From an uncultured SAR86 cluster bacterium (GTDB lineage Bacteria > Pseudomonadota > Gammaproteobacteria > Magnimaribacterales > D2472): 64,000 bases of DNA. This document shows, one piece after another, positions 45,601 to 56,589 of this stretch. The first letter of the stretch is position 1. Each line of letters starts with the position of its first letter. The DNA is taken from assembly GCA_902617045.1 (NCBI GenBank), contig CACMVA010000001.1, positions 59,519 to 123,518 on the forward strand. Direction: 5' to 3'. Made by a program: the position numbers and the translations under genes. The notes beneath the pieces were generated by a model. That model searched no databases. It was not told where the DNA came from and worked only from the letters and a program-made list of their open reading frames with translations.

Positions 45601-47103
45601 TACAGCTAAGGCTGTATCGTCTCCCATTGAGCCGGTTCCCTCATTGGATTCAACTGCAAGAGGCTTAATTACAGAGGTTCTTTCTTCTTTATGAAGTAAA
45701 AACATTTTAGATGCTATAGATAATTCACTTCCAGAAATTTTTTTTAAGCCTGGTCCTTCATATTTATCTAAGCTAGATTCAATATAAACTGTTTGCTGTT
45801 TCAACCATTCCCTGTATGGCAGCTTATCTTTAAGAGAATTATCTATCTGCTTTTCGTCTAGAATCTCACCTGTAAATGTATTTACAGCAAGAATACCGCC
45901 AGGTGAAACTCTACCTTTTTTTATTATATTTTCGCTATTCTTTGGATTTACACCAGTTTCAGACGCAATTGTAATGATATTGTCTTTGTCAATTTGATAT
46001 CTAGCAGGCCTTAAACCGTTCCTATCAAGCATACATACCGCCCATTTCCCATCAGACATCACTATTCCAGCTGGGCCATCCCAAGGTTCCATATGCATTG
46101 AATTATATTCATGGAAGCTCCTTATATCAGGATCAAGCAAATATGCATTTTGCCATGCTGGTGGCATAACCATTCTTATTGCCCTAAATAATTTCACTCC
46201 TCCATTTAAAAGAATTTCTATCATATTATCTAAAGCAGAAGAATCAGACCCTGTTTCATTTACCAGTTGTTTAAATTCTTGAATTTTTGGCAGTCTTGGA
46301 CTTTTAAACTTTGATGAACGAGCTTTGACCCAATTTCTATTGCCTCTTATTGCATTAATTTCACCATTATGCGCTAACAGTCTAAATGGCTGTGCTAAGT
46401 GCCATCGTGGATGAGTATTTGTTGAAAACCTTTGATGAAAAACACAAATAGATGACTCAAATTTAGAAGATTTAAGATCTAAATAGAAATCTTGAATTGC
46501 ATCAGGAAGCATTAAACCTTTATAAATAATTGTTTTTGAAGACAAGCTACAAAAATATAATTGCTCGTCATCAAGATATATCTCTTCAATTAACTTCCTT
46601 GCCTGATAAAGATTGGTTTCAAATTTTTCTTCATAAAAGACTTTGTCTGTAGATTGAATATATAGTTGATAAATATTTGGCAAGCAACTTGAAGCTATTG
46701 TACCAAGAATATCTTTATTTACTGGTACAGGACGAACAGCCTTTAGAATAAGGTTTTCACTTTTGAGAATTTTTTCAATTTTAGAAAGATCAGATTCAAT
46801 TTTATTATTAGTAAATAATTGTCCTATTGCAAATTCATTTGAAATTTCTACCCCTTGTTCTTCAGAAATAGCATTTTTAAAAAAATCTTTATCTAAATTT
46901 AATAGAAGCCCACATCCGTCGCCTGTTTTTCCATCAGCGCCTATTGCCCCACGATGAGTCATACTTCTTAGGGCATTAACCGATTTATTGATAATTTTGT
47001 GAGATTTTATGCCGTTAATATCAGCTATTAAGCCAAATCCACAGTTATCTCTAAAGTCATCTTTTGAAAATAATTTTGACATATTATTAAAGTGTGAAGA
47101 CAA
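42649..47103 (-). CDS. gltB: Glutamate synthase (NADPH) large subunit
   Basis: Ntn amidotransferase start ...RDNCGFGLIA, with FMN and GXGXG domains along its length. The track start at 47103 is TTG. The ATG at 47082 (MSKLFSKDDFRDNC) is the more likely start. Confidence 0.95.
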   Translation of the reverse strand: MSSHFNNMSKLFSKDDFRDNCGFGLIADINGIKSHKIINKSVNALRSMTHRGAIGADGKTGDGCGLLLNLDKDFFKNAISEEQGVEISNEFAIGQLFTNNKIESDLSKIEKILKSENLILKAVRPVPVNKDILGTIASSCLPNIYQLYIQSTDKVFYEEKFETNLYQARKLIEEIYLDDEQLYFCSLSSKTIIYKGLMLPDAIQDFYLDLKSSKFESSICVFHQRFSTNTHPRWHLAQPFRLLAHNGEINAIRGNRNWVKARSSKFKSPRLPKIQEFKQLVNETGSDSSALDNMIEILLNGGVKLFRAIRMVMPPAWQNAYLLDPDIRSFHEYNSMHMEPWDGPAGIVMSDGKWAVCMLDRNGLRPARYQIDKDNIITIASETGVNPKNSENIIKKGRVSPGGILAVNTFTGEILDEKQIDNSLKDKLPYREWLKQQTVYIESSLDKYEGPGLKKISGSELSIASKMFLLHKEERTSVIKPLAVESNEGTGSMGDDTALAVMSKMHRQIYDYFRQQFAQVTNPPIDSLREASVMSLETCYGPELNVFDETPDHAKRLVTTSPVLSFKKLQSIINNKHFSNIEIDLEYAKSSSLEKALKKLQENVVKEVKNGKVIIHLVEKVPSKDYLPINALLAVGCVHQKLVSLGLRSDANIVISTSSARDTHQIACLIGFGATAVYPSLAYQTILDLSDRNEIKGMPHENCARYRKGVNKGLLKIISKMGISSISSYRGSQLFEIVGLNNDVIDLCFTNSISRIAGKNFDDLDNENKKLSEYATSNLSDISVGGLLKYVHGGEYHTYNPEIVKKLQEAVSTGSDQKYQEYADLVDKRPPAMLRDILGIKKSKKSIDIKEVEANKKILKRFDSAGMSLGALSPKAHETLAEAMNSLGSRSNSGEGGEAKERYDTLKMSKIKQVASGRFGVTPHYLVNAEVLQIKIAQGAKPGEGGQLPGGKVDSLIAKLRYSTPGVTLISPPPHHDIYSIEDLAQLIFDLKQVNSKALVSVKLVSEPGVGTIASGVAKAYADLITISGHDGGTGASPLTSIRYAGSPWELGLAEAHQSLRDSGLRHKIRLQADGGMKTGLDVIKAAMLGAESFGFGTGPMIAMGCKYLRICHLNNCATGVATQRKDLINQHFIGEKERVINYFNFIANDVRKYLAELGVKQLEDIIGKTHYLYQLDEIEDYLKNIDLSSILYSDLNNKESNFCKVSKNNPWDKADLSRKILSDVKDIINKDKKGSFSYNISNTDRSVGANVSGEIASRYGENGLSGSLNLNFVGSAGQSFGCWNANGLNITLNGDANDYVGKGMNGGKIIIKNDADFAINDEKTILAGNTCLYGATGGEVYISGSVGERFAVRNSGAKAVIEGAGDHCCEYMTGGHVTILGNVGLNFAAGMTGGFAYVLDEDRTFFDKCNRGLVGLERITTEEMQPHRKHLKEILSNHYKYTNSKKAKEILDDFDKFESHFWLVVPAATNIQDLLKATTASAA

Positions 47104-47107
47104 ACTA

Positions 47108-47158
47108 TATCATACAATGCTATGAATTATCAAAGAAAAGTGTCATACTATGTCATAC
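47108..47158. promoter_or_regulatory. Three copies of T(G/A)TCATAC in the gltB/gltD divergent intergenic region
   Basis: TATCATAC at 47108-47115. TGTCATAC at 47141-47148 and 47151-47158, a tandem pair with a 10-bp period. The last copy ends 13 nt before the gltD ATG. Confidence 0.2.
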
Positions 47159-47167
47159 ACTAATTAA

Positions 47168-48819
<1,652 letters not shown>

Positions 48820-48820
<1 letters not shown>

Positions 48821-49854
48821 TGAACTCAGATTCGTCATTTCTAAAAGCATTAAATAAAGAAAGTCTCCCAACACCTCCCATATGGTACATGCGTCAAGCT
48901 GGACGATACATGCCAGAGTACCAAAATGTTAGAAAAAAATTTAAAAATTTTTTAGATATGTGCAAAGAGCCAGATATATGTTGTGAGCTTGCATTACAGC
49001 CTATTAATGCATTTGAATTGGATGCTGCAATCCTATTCTCAGATATCTTAACAATCCCTGACTCTTTTGGACTCGGTGTGGAGTTTATAGAAAATGAGGG
49101 TCCTGTTTTTAAAAATCCTATTAGTAACAGTACAGATATTAAAAATCTCAATCACTTTGATCCTGAAAGTTTAGATTATGTCTACAAGGCAGTGAATAAT
49201 ATTAAAAGCTCTTTGCCAGAAGAAATACCATTAATTGGATTCTGTGGAAGCCCTTGGACTTTAGCTGCATATTCAATAGAGGGAAGATCATCAAAAGACT
49301 TTGAGAAGACATTAGGCTTTTTAGAATCAAATCAAAAAGATGTTCATGATTTATTAACAAAATATACGGACGCATGCTTTTTGTACTTAAGAAAGCAAGT
49401 GCAGTCAGGTGCGGATGTGATTCAGATATTTGATTCTTGGGCAAATCTACTAACAAAGGAGGATCTTATTGAATTTTCTTTTAATTATGTAAATTCTTTG
49501 ATCTCAGCTTTAAAGCTTGATCCTATAACAAAAAATATTCCAGTTATTATTTTTGCTCGAAATCCAAAATGTAACATCGAAGAACTAATTAATACTTCTG
49601 CTGACTGCATAAGTCTGTTCTGGTCAATGAATGATTTGAATTTTGAGGTAGCTAAAAATAAGGTCGCTATCCAAGGGAACCTTGATCCAAAAATTCTACT
49701 TGAAAGTGATGAAACAATAAAAAGGGAGACCTATAAAATTCTTGAAAGATTTAGAGAATATCCTGGTTATATTTTTAATTTGGGACATGGAATAACTCCA
49801 GATATTAGTCCAGATAAAATTAAATATTTAACAAATATTGTCAGAGAGTATTAG
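48820..49854 (+). CDS. hemE: Uroporphyrinogen decarboxylase
   Basis: PPIWYMRQAGRYMPEY signature. It follows gltD as in other Gammaproteobacteria. Confidence 0.95.
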
Positions 49855-50726
49855 TTTTCCCACAATCTTATTAAACCCTCTTGAGTGCATGATGCAATAA
49901 GCTTCCCATCTCTTGAAAAAATAGAACCTCTTGAGAATCCTCTTGCATTTCTAGTTACAGGACTGTCTATAGAATATAAAAACCATCCGTCTAAATCTAA
50001 TTTTCTGTGGAACCACATTGCGTGATCCAAGCTAGCGTTTTGAAGATTTTTAGTTAGAAAGTTTACACCGACAGAATTGTTGGCTGCGCCTAAAAGTCCC
50101 ATATCAGATATATACAAAAGAAAGGCCTGTTGAATTACTTGATCCTTTGGGAGAGAGCCACCTGTTTTAATCCATGTATTTTTATATGGTGGCATTCTCT
50201 CTGGTTTAAAGTAGTTTTGGGGCTCAACTGGCCGCATCTCAATTTCCCTTTGTTTTATAAACATTGGCATATCTTCTTTTTTCATATTAAGTTCTTTAAG
50301 AATTTCTTCTCTGATTTCTTGCTCGCTTTTAAGTGATTCTGGCTCAGGAACTTCTGGCATTTCAATTTGATGCTCAAGTCCTTTTTCTCTTTTTTGAAAT
50401 GATATAGAGCAATTAAATATGACTTCACCTTCTTGAATAGCTTTAACACTTCTAGTAGTGAAGCTTTTTCCATCTCTTATTCGGTCAACCGTAAAAGTAA
50501 TGGATTTATCCATATCTCCAGGTCTTAAAAAATAAGAATGATATGAATGAGCAAAATGCTCTACGTCAATAGTTTTATATGCTGCTATTAAAGTCTGTGC
50601 CATTACTTGGCCACCAAATATTCTCTTGTAACCTACATTTTTTCCATTCCAAGAAAATATATCCCTATCTATTTTTTCAAGCTCAAATAACTCTAAAGAT
50701 TTTTTCAGTACTGATTTTTTATTCAT
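49851..50726 (-). CDS. tesB: Acyl-CoA thioesterase II
   Basis: Double hotdog fold. IFGGQVMAQTL, HSYFLRPGD and RDGKSF parallel E. coli TesB. Confidence 0.85.
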   Translation of the reverse strand: MNKKSVLKKSLELFELEKIDRDIFSWNGKNVGYKRIFGGQVMAQTLIAAYKTIDVEHFAHSYHSYFLRPGDMDKSITFTVDRIRDGKSFTTRSVKAIQEGEVIFNCSISFQKREKGLEHQIEMPEVPEPESLKSEQEIREEILKELNMKKEDMPMFIKQREIEMRPVEPQNYFKPERMPPYKNTWIKTGGSLPKDQVIQQAFLLYISDMGLLGAANNSVGVNFLTKNLQNASLDHAMWFHRKLDLDGWFLYSIDSPVTRNARGFSRGSIFSRDGKLIASCTQEGLIRLWEN

Positions 50727-50731
50727 AAGAT

Positions 50732-51487
50732 TTAGGTTGCGCTCAGACCTCCATCTATTAACAATTCCGTCCCTGTTATAAAAGATGATTCATCAGATGC
50801 AAGAAAAACGGCTGCATTAGCAATGTCTTTAGGTTCAGCAAGTTTTCTTATTGGAATCTGCTGGATAAGTTTCTGTTCAATGTTTCTCTCAGGAGCAGCA
50901 TCAATCATGGTTTGCACCATTGCAGTTCTAGTAAATACTGGATGGATGGAATTACATCTAACTAGATTAGTAGTTTTAGCACAGTGAAGTGCTATTGATT
51001 TTGATAAATGTCTAACTGCAGCTTTAGAGGAGTTATATGCAGATGTATTATGTGAGGCAACAATACCAGACATTGAGGAAATATTTATAATTGAGCCATC
51101 TCCAGAGTCTCTCATTAGTTCAATGGCATGTTTGCAACCAAGAAATACTGAATCTAAATTTACACTATGTACTAATTTCCATGTTTCGATATCGGTAGAT
51201 TCAATATCACCACCATTACCAATACCTGCATTATTAACTAATATGTTTAGAGATCCGGCTTCATTTTTAATAAATTCAATTGCAGATATCCAGTCTTCAG
51301 ACTTGGTCACATCCAAATTAATGCCTTGGCAAGATAGTTCGTTACATGTTTTTTTTAATTCGCTCTCATTAATATCACTAATAAATACAACTGCACCCTC
51401 TTGAATCATTGAATTAGCCATTTCTTTACCCAAACCCTGGGCTGCACCTGTAATGAGTGCTACTTTTCCTTTAAGTCTTTCTGTCAT
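50732..51487 (-). CDS. Short-chain dehydrogenase/reductase (classical SDR, hydroxysteroid/3-oxoacyl reductase-like)
   Basis: TGAAQGLGK, NNAGIG and SAYNSSKAA (YxxxK). Confidence 0.85.
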   Translation of the reverse strand: MTERLKGKVALITGAAQGLGKEMANSMIQEGAVVFISDINESELKKTCNELSCQGINLDVTKSEDWISAIEFIKNEAGSLNILVNNAGIGNGGDIESTDIETWKLVHSVNLDSVFLGCKHAIELMRDSGDGSIINISSMSGIVASHNTSAYNSSKAAVRHLSKSIALHCAKTTNLVRCNSIHPVFTRTAMVQTMIDAAPERNIEQKLIQQIPIRKLAEPKDIANAAVFLASDESSFITGTELLIDGGLSAT

Positions 51488-51597
51488 AATAAATATATAA
51501 TCAATTTAAGGTCACATCTTACATTGTTTGTAAAAAAACTAGAACTTTAATCTATCAAAAGGTAGGATATGCAGTCCTGAACGTATTAAAAAAAGAA

Positions 51598-52584
51598 ATG
51601 ACAATAAACAAAGAAATTGATTTACCAAATAAACCTGATAATAAAATCAGTGTTGCTGATGTTTTTAATATTGATTCAAAGCTCACAGTTAAAGGTTTTG
51701 CAAAAAAAACAGCGTGGGTTCCAGAGATTGATAGCTCCTATGTATTTGATAAAGAGACAACTCTATCTATTTTGGCTGGATTTGAGCATAACAGAAGAGT
51801 AATGATTCAAGGCTTTCATGGAACGGGCAAATCTACACATATTGAACAAATTGCAGCCAGATTAAATTGGCCATGCGTTCGAATAAATTTAGACAGTCAC
51901 ATCAGCAGAATTGATTTGCTTGGAAAGGATGCTATTAAACTAGATGATGGAAAACAAATCACTGAATTTCAAGAAGGTCTTCTTCCTTGGTCAATTCAAA
52001 ATCCTGTTGCTCTTGTTTTTGATGAATATGATGCTGGTCGTCCTGATGTTATGTTTGTTATTCAAAGGATACTTGAAGTTGAGGGCAAACTTACTCTATT
52101 AGATCAAAATAAAATTATAAATCCTCATTCATCATTTAGACTTTTTGCAACAACGAATACTGTGGGCCTAGGGGATATGACTGGTCTATACCATGGAACA
52201 CAACAGATAAATCAAGGTCAAATGGATCGTTGGCATATTCTTTCAACATTAAATTATCTAGATCCCTCTCAGGAACTGAAGGTTGTGATGTCAAAACTTA
52301 ATAACTTTAAAGGAGAAAAGAATAAAGAAATCATAAAAAACATGATTAAGCTTGCAAATCTAACAAGAGTTGGGTTTGCCAATGGCGATATTTCAACATT
52401 AATGTCCCCGAGAACAGTTATATCATGGGGACAAAATTTTAAAATTTTTAAGGACCTTGTTACATCATTTAATCTTACTTTTTTAAATAAATGCGATGAT
52501 ATTGAAAAGTCCATTATTTCTGAATACTTTCAAAGATGTTTTGATATTGAAATTGATAATGGAGAATCAGGCTCGGCTTCTTAA
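51598..52584 (+). CDS. cobS: CobS-type MoxR-class AAA+ ATPase (aerobic cobaltochelatase subunit S homologue)
   Basis: [57 protein letters not shown] and [17 protein letters not shown] are near-invariant CobS blocks. Confidence 0.85.
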   Translation: MTINKEIDLPNKPDNKISVADVFNIDSKLTVKGFAKKTAWVPEIDSSYVFDKETTLSILAGFEHNRRVMIQGFHGTGKSTHIEQIAARLNWPCVRINLDSHISRIDLLGKDAIKLDDGKQITEFQEGLLPWSIQNPVALVFDEYDAGRPDVMFVIQRILEVEGKLTLLDQNKIINPHSSFRLFATTNTVGLGDMTGLYHGTQQINQGQMDRWHILSTLNYLDPSQELKVVMSKLNNFKGEKNKEIIKNMIKLANLTRVGFANGDISTLMSPRTVISWGQNFKIFKDLVTSFNLTFLNKCDDIEKSIISEYFQRCFDIEIDNGESGSAS

Positions 52585-54347
52585 TGAGTTGGACTAAAAA
52601 AAGAGAAAGATTGCATGAAGCAGCTGTATCTACAATTAGAGCTATTTCAAACAATAAAAAAATATCTTCCAATACAGGATTATCTCAAAGACCACCAACA
52701 AGCGATCATGTAGCTTTGCCTAATGTTCCAAGATCTTTTAAAGATTTAAATAAATGGCGAGGAGAATCTGATTTTCAAGCGTTTTGGCATTTATTCCATA
52801 AGAAAAGTAAAGATTTTCAACTTACTCTCCCTGCAAGAATGATTTTTAATGAATTAGAAATTGCTAGAGTTGAGTTATTAGGTTCTTCAAAATATCTTGG
52901 TTCTGAAAGAAATATATCAGAATATACAAATTCTAGAAGCAATGAACTAGAAGACGAAAAATCTCTAAATTTTTTATCTTATGGAGCAAATTTGTGGCTT
53001 AAAGAATTTATGAATTTTGATTTAAGTGAAAATTCAAAAAATATAATTTCGAAATTTATCAAAAAATATAAGATTGATGCGTCTGCAAACAAAATCCGAG
53101 AAAATCTAATAAAAAATCTTGATGATCAAGTTAGCTTTGAAAAAAATGCTATCCAATTTCTTCAAAAATTAGATCTAGTTAAAGAAAATGTTGAAGATGA
53201 AGAAAACAATTTTGAAGAAGCTCCGGGATCAACAGATGATATTGTTAATGAAGAAGAAACTACTCAAGAAGATTCAGGAATTGAAGAAAAAATAGACTTA
53301 AAAGATTTTGATGGTGACTTAAATGTTGACATTCAAGATGCAATTGAAAACATTGATGATACCTCAATCGAAGATGAGATTGAGTCTCTTACTTATCCCA
53401 ATAATGATTTTCAAACTTCATATATAGACGACTATTCTATTTATACATCAAATTTTGATGAGATCATTGATGCCAAAGATCTAGTTACAAATGAAGAATC
53501 AATGCGTTTAAGAAATCAATTAGATAATTTAATTAAACCGCACATATCAACTATTGGAAAATTAGCAAACAGACTACAAAGATTGCTTTTGGCTAAACAG
53601 AATACAAGTTGGAATTTTAATCTTGAAGAGGGAATTCTTGATAACTCAAGGTTACACAGAGTTATTGCTAGTCCTGGATACCCTCTTAGCTTCAAACAAG
53701 AAACTGAGAATGATTTTAAAGATACCATTGTTACTTTATTAATTGACAACTCTGGATCAATGCGAGGAAGGTCTATAAGCTTGGCAGCTATATGCGCTGA
53801 TATCATAGGAAGTACCCTAGAAAGATGTCAGGTAAAGACTGAAATATTAGGTTTTACAACTAAACATTGGAAAGGCGGCGACTCCAAAAAATTATGGATA
53901 ATAAATGGAAGTCGATCTAATCCAGGCAGATTGAACGATATCAGACACATAATCTATAAGAGTGCTGATAATAGTTGGAGAAGATCAAGAAAATATTTTG
54001 GTGCAATGTTAAGGGAAGGTTTATTAAAGGAAAATGTTGATGGGGAAGCACTTGCATGGTCACATGATAGACTTCTTAAAAGACATGAAGAACGAAAAAT
54101 ATTAATTGTAATTTCCGATGGCGCGCCTGTTGACGACAGTACATTGTCTGCAAATCGTGAGGACTTCTTAGACAATCATCTTAGAGAAATTATTTCAAAA
54201 ATTGAAAAAGATAGTCCTGTTGAACTTCAAGCAATTGGAATTGGGCATGACGTAACAAAATATTACAAAAATGCACTAACTATAAATAGAGCTGAAGAAC
54301 TTGGCGAAGTACTTTTGGAGGAATTAACAAAGCTTTTCAAGGATTAA
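52584..54347 (+). CDS. cobT: CobT-type vWA-domain protein (cobaltochelatase subunit T homologue)
   Basis: 587 aa with a CobT-like N-terminus, a long acidic low-complexity middle (aa about 200-290) and a C-terminal vWA domain with MIDAS-like LIDNSGSM. The start overlaps the cobS stop. Confidence 0.8.
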   Translation: MSWTKKRERLHEAAVSTIRAISNNKKISSNTGLSQRPPTSDHVALPNVPRSFKDLNKWRGESDFQAFWHLFHKKSKDFQLTLPARMIFNELEIARVELLGSSKYLGSERNISEYTNSRSNELEDEKSLNFLSYGANLWLKEFMNFDLSENSKNIISKFIKKYKIDASANKIRENLIKNLDDQVSFEKNAIQFLQKLDLVKENVEDEENNFEEAPGSTDDIVNEEETTQEDSGIEEKIDLKDFDGDLNVDIQDAIENIDDTSIEDEIESLTYPNNDFQTSYIDDYSIYTSNFDEIIDAKDLVTNEESMRLRNQLDNLIKPHISTIGKLANRLQRLLLAKQNTSWNFNLEEGILDNSRLHRVIASPGYPLSFKQETENDFKDTIVTLLIDNSGSMRGRSISLAAICADIIGSTLERCQVKTEILGFTTKHWKGGDSKKLWIINGSRSNPGRLNDIRHIIYKSADNSWRRSRKYFGAMLREGLLKENVDGEALAWSHDRLLKRHEERKILIVISDGAPVDDSTLSANREDFLDNHLREIISKIEKDSPVELQAIGIGHDVTKYYKNALTINRAEELGEVLLEELTKLFKD

Positions 54348-54409
54348 ACATTGCTATAAAATACTTATCAAACAGGGGATTTTAAATAATTTTATAGGTA
54401 ATTATCATT

Positions 54410-55516
54410 ATGAAAATTCGTAACCAAGATGGACCACCAGAGGATTTACTTTACTTCGACGAAGACTTAGATCTGTCCCAAAAACAAGTTGAAGATGTTG
54501 TTGAGATATTTAAGACCCCTCTCACTGGAGCATATAACTGGGATTACACAATTGCAGACAACAGAATTAAAAAACTTTATGAATTAGGTAAGGAGCTTAA
54601 TTGGAATGGCTCGATTGATTTGAACTGGGACTATACTCACCCTGCTGATGAAAAACTAGTTGAACCTGATGAAGAGTTACCTCATGAGGCGCTAGAAGCT
54701 TATCAAGCTCTCTCAGAAGAAGAAAAAATACTTTTTGATAGACATAATACTGCGGAATTAATGAGTCAATTTCTTCATGGAGAACAAGGAGCCTTACTTG
54801 TAGCATCTCAATTAGCTAGCTGCGCTCCAACTTATAATGCAAAACTTTATGCTGCCTCTCAAACATTTGATGAAGCAAGACACGTTGAAGTATTCAATAG
54901 ATATCTTCAGGATAAAATTGGTATTCACTACCCGATTAATCCATCTTTAAAATTGTTACTTGATAAGATTCTCACTGATGAGAGATGGGACTTAAAGTTT
55001 ATTGGGATGCAGATAATCATTGAAGGTTTGGCTCTTGCGGCATTTCAAATGCTTAAAGCTATTACAAAAGACCCACTGTTAAAACAATTACTCCACTATG
55101 TTGTTCGTGATGAAGCACGTCACGTAACATTTGGAATAAATTATCTTGAGGACTACTTAACAACATTATCAAAAGAAGAAATAAATGAAAGAGCTCAGTT
55201 TGCTTATGAAGCATGTGTTATTTCTAGAGATAGACTTGTAAATACTCAGGCTGAACAGAGATTCCTAAAGATGACTGCTGAAGAAGCTAGAGAATTTCAG
55301 TTAAGTACTGGTACTTTTGAAATGTTTAGGAACTTCTTATTTTCAAGAGTGATGCCAAACTTAAAGAGGATTGGTCTATTAACAGATGAAGTTAGGCCAA
55401 AATTTGAGGCACTTGGGTTGCTAGAGTATGAGCATGCGCCAGATGATTTTGAATGTGATTGGGCAGAAATGAAAAAGCCTCTTGAAAAATTTGGACAAAT
55501 TCCAACCAATCTATAA
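54410..55516 (+). CDS. Soluble ferritin-like diiron-carboxylate protein (AurF / R2-like oxygenase superfamily; subfamily unknown)
   Basis: Duplicated ligand pattern: E (HGEQGAL)...FDEARHVE and E (IIEGLAL)...RDEARHVT. Confidence 0.65.
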   Translation: MKIRNQDGPPEDLLYFDEDLDLSQKQVEDVVEIFKTPLTGAYNWDYTIADNRIKKLYELGKELNWNGSIDLNWDYTHPADEKLVEPDEELPHEALEAYQALSEEEKILFDRHNTAELMSQFLHGEQGALLVASQLASCAPTYNAKLYAASQTFDEARHVEVFNRYLQDKIGIHYPINPSLKLLLDKILTDERWDLKFIGMQIIIEGLALAAFQMLKAITKDPLLKQLLHYVVRDEARHVTFGINYLEDYLTTLSKEEINERAQFAYEACVISRDRLVNTQAEQRFLKMTAEEAREFQLSTGTFEMFRNFLFSRVMPNLKRIGLLTDEVRPKFEALGLLEYEHAPDDFECDWAEMKKPLEKFGQIPTNL

Positions 55517-55576
55517 CTTTAAATATAAATATATGGCCATACTTAAAGAGTATGGTATGAAATACGGAGATTATTA

Positions 55577-56368
55577 ATGTCTAAACATGCAGCTCTCGAT
55601 ACTTTCGGAAGATCTGGAAATCCAGTTATAAGATCTTCTGCATTTGATTCACGAGCATCGTCAGATTCTGAAAGAATGACTTTAGACGGTGCAGTAAATA
55701 AGACAGCTATAATGCTAGCAATTCTTATATCTACAGCAGCGATTTCATGGAACTTTCCAAGCCCTTTCATTGTCATGATCTCCTATATTGGCATATTTGC
55801 GGCAGCAATAGCGAGTGTTGTTACTTTTGGTTTTTGGATGCCTTTTATTGGTTTCATAATTAATCCAAGGCCCTACTTAGCCCCAAAGACCTGGTTAGTA
55901 TTTGCTTTTGGAGAAGGATTTTTTATAGGCTTGATCTCTTTGTCGTTTGAAACAATGTTTCCAGGTATAGTTCTTGAGGCGGTATCTTTAACATTTTGTG
56001 TTGCTGCGACGTTATTATTCTTATATAAATCTGGTATTGTTAAACCAAGTCAAAACTTCGTCTTAATGGTCTGCTCTGCTGTTTTTGGTATCTTCTTATT
56101 TTACATAGGAACGCTTATATACTCTTTAGTTACTGGTGTATCTCCAGAAATATTTTCAGGCAGTAGTAATGCGTCTATTGGATTATCTTTATTCATAGTA
56201 GCTATGGCGGCATTTAGTCTAGTACTTGATTTTGACATCATTGAACAATCTGCTGAATATGGTTCTCCGAAGTATATGGAATATTTTGGTGCAATGGCTT
56301 TGGTTACTACTTTAATTTGGCTTTATATAGAAATACTGAGGCTTTTAGCGAAGTTCAGATCTAGATAG
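55577..56368 (+). CDS. Bax inhibitor-1 / YccA-family membrane protein (BaxI_1 type)
   Basis: N-terminus ...SGNPVIRSSAF...MTLDGAVNKTAIMLAIL followed by about 7 TM segments. GGAG Shine-Dalgarno 8 nt upstream. Confidence 0.7.
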   Translation: MSKHAALDTFGRSGNPVIRSSAFDSRASSDSERMTLDGAVNKTAIMLAILISTAAISWNFPSPFIVMISYIGIFAAAIASVVTFGFWMPFIGFIINPRPYLAPKTWLVFAFGEGFFIGLISLSFETMFPGIVLEAVSLTFCVAATLLFLYKSGIVKPSQNFVLMVCSAVFGIFLFYIGTLIYSLVTGVSPEIFSGSSNASIGLSLFIVAMAAFSLVLDFDIIEQSAEYGSPKYMEYFGAMALVTTLIWLYIEILRLLAKFRSR

Positions 56369-56589
56369 TGTTTTCTTCAAATCCTTTAATTCTATTTCTT
56401 GGATTAATTTCCTTTGGAATATTCTTCTATTTACTAAAAATACGAGCATCTAAAAATCAAATAGAGTCTTTTGAAAACAAAAAAAGAATGAATTGGTCTT
56501 GGTTATGGTTAAGATATGGAAAAGATAAATCAAAATCAAACGTTATTGAGGGTAAAGCAAAAGAAGTAAATCATGAAGAAGAGCAATAA
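56368..56589 (+). CDS. Hypothetical small single-TM protein
   Basis: 73-aa ORF with a GTG start overlapping the upstream stop by 1 nt (TAGTG). One N-terminal TM and a charged tail. No family recognised. Confidence 0.35.
   Translation: MFSSNPLILFLGLISFGIFFYLLKIRASKNQIESFENKKRMNWSWLWLRYGKDKSKSNVIEGKAKEVNHEEEQ

Noticed and set aside
51598-54347. Interpreting cobS-cobT as evidence for a cobalamin biosynthesis cluster.
   Set aside because: No cobN, corrin-ring or nucleotide-loop genes are present in the window. The two genes alone cannot form a cobaltochelatase according to the established CobNST model.
55537-55555. Hairpin CCATACT-taaag-AGTATGG between the diiron gene and the BI-1 gene as an intrinsic terminator.
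   Set aside because: It has only a 7-bp AU-rich stem and no following U-tract. It sits 20 nt before a good GGAG Shine-Dalgarno, so it may be incidental or a weak mRNA-processing or stability element.
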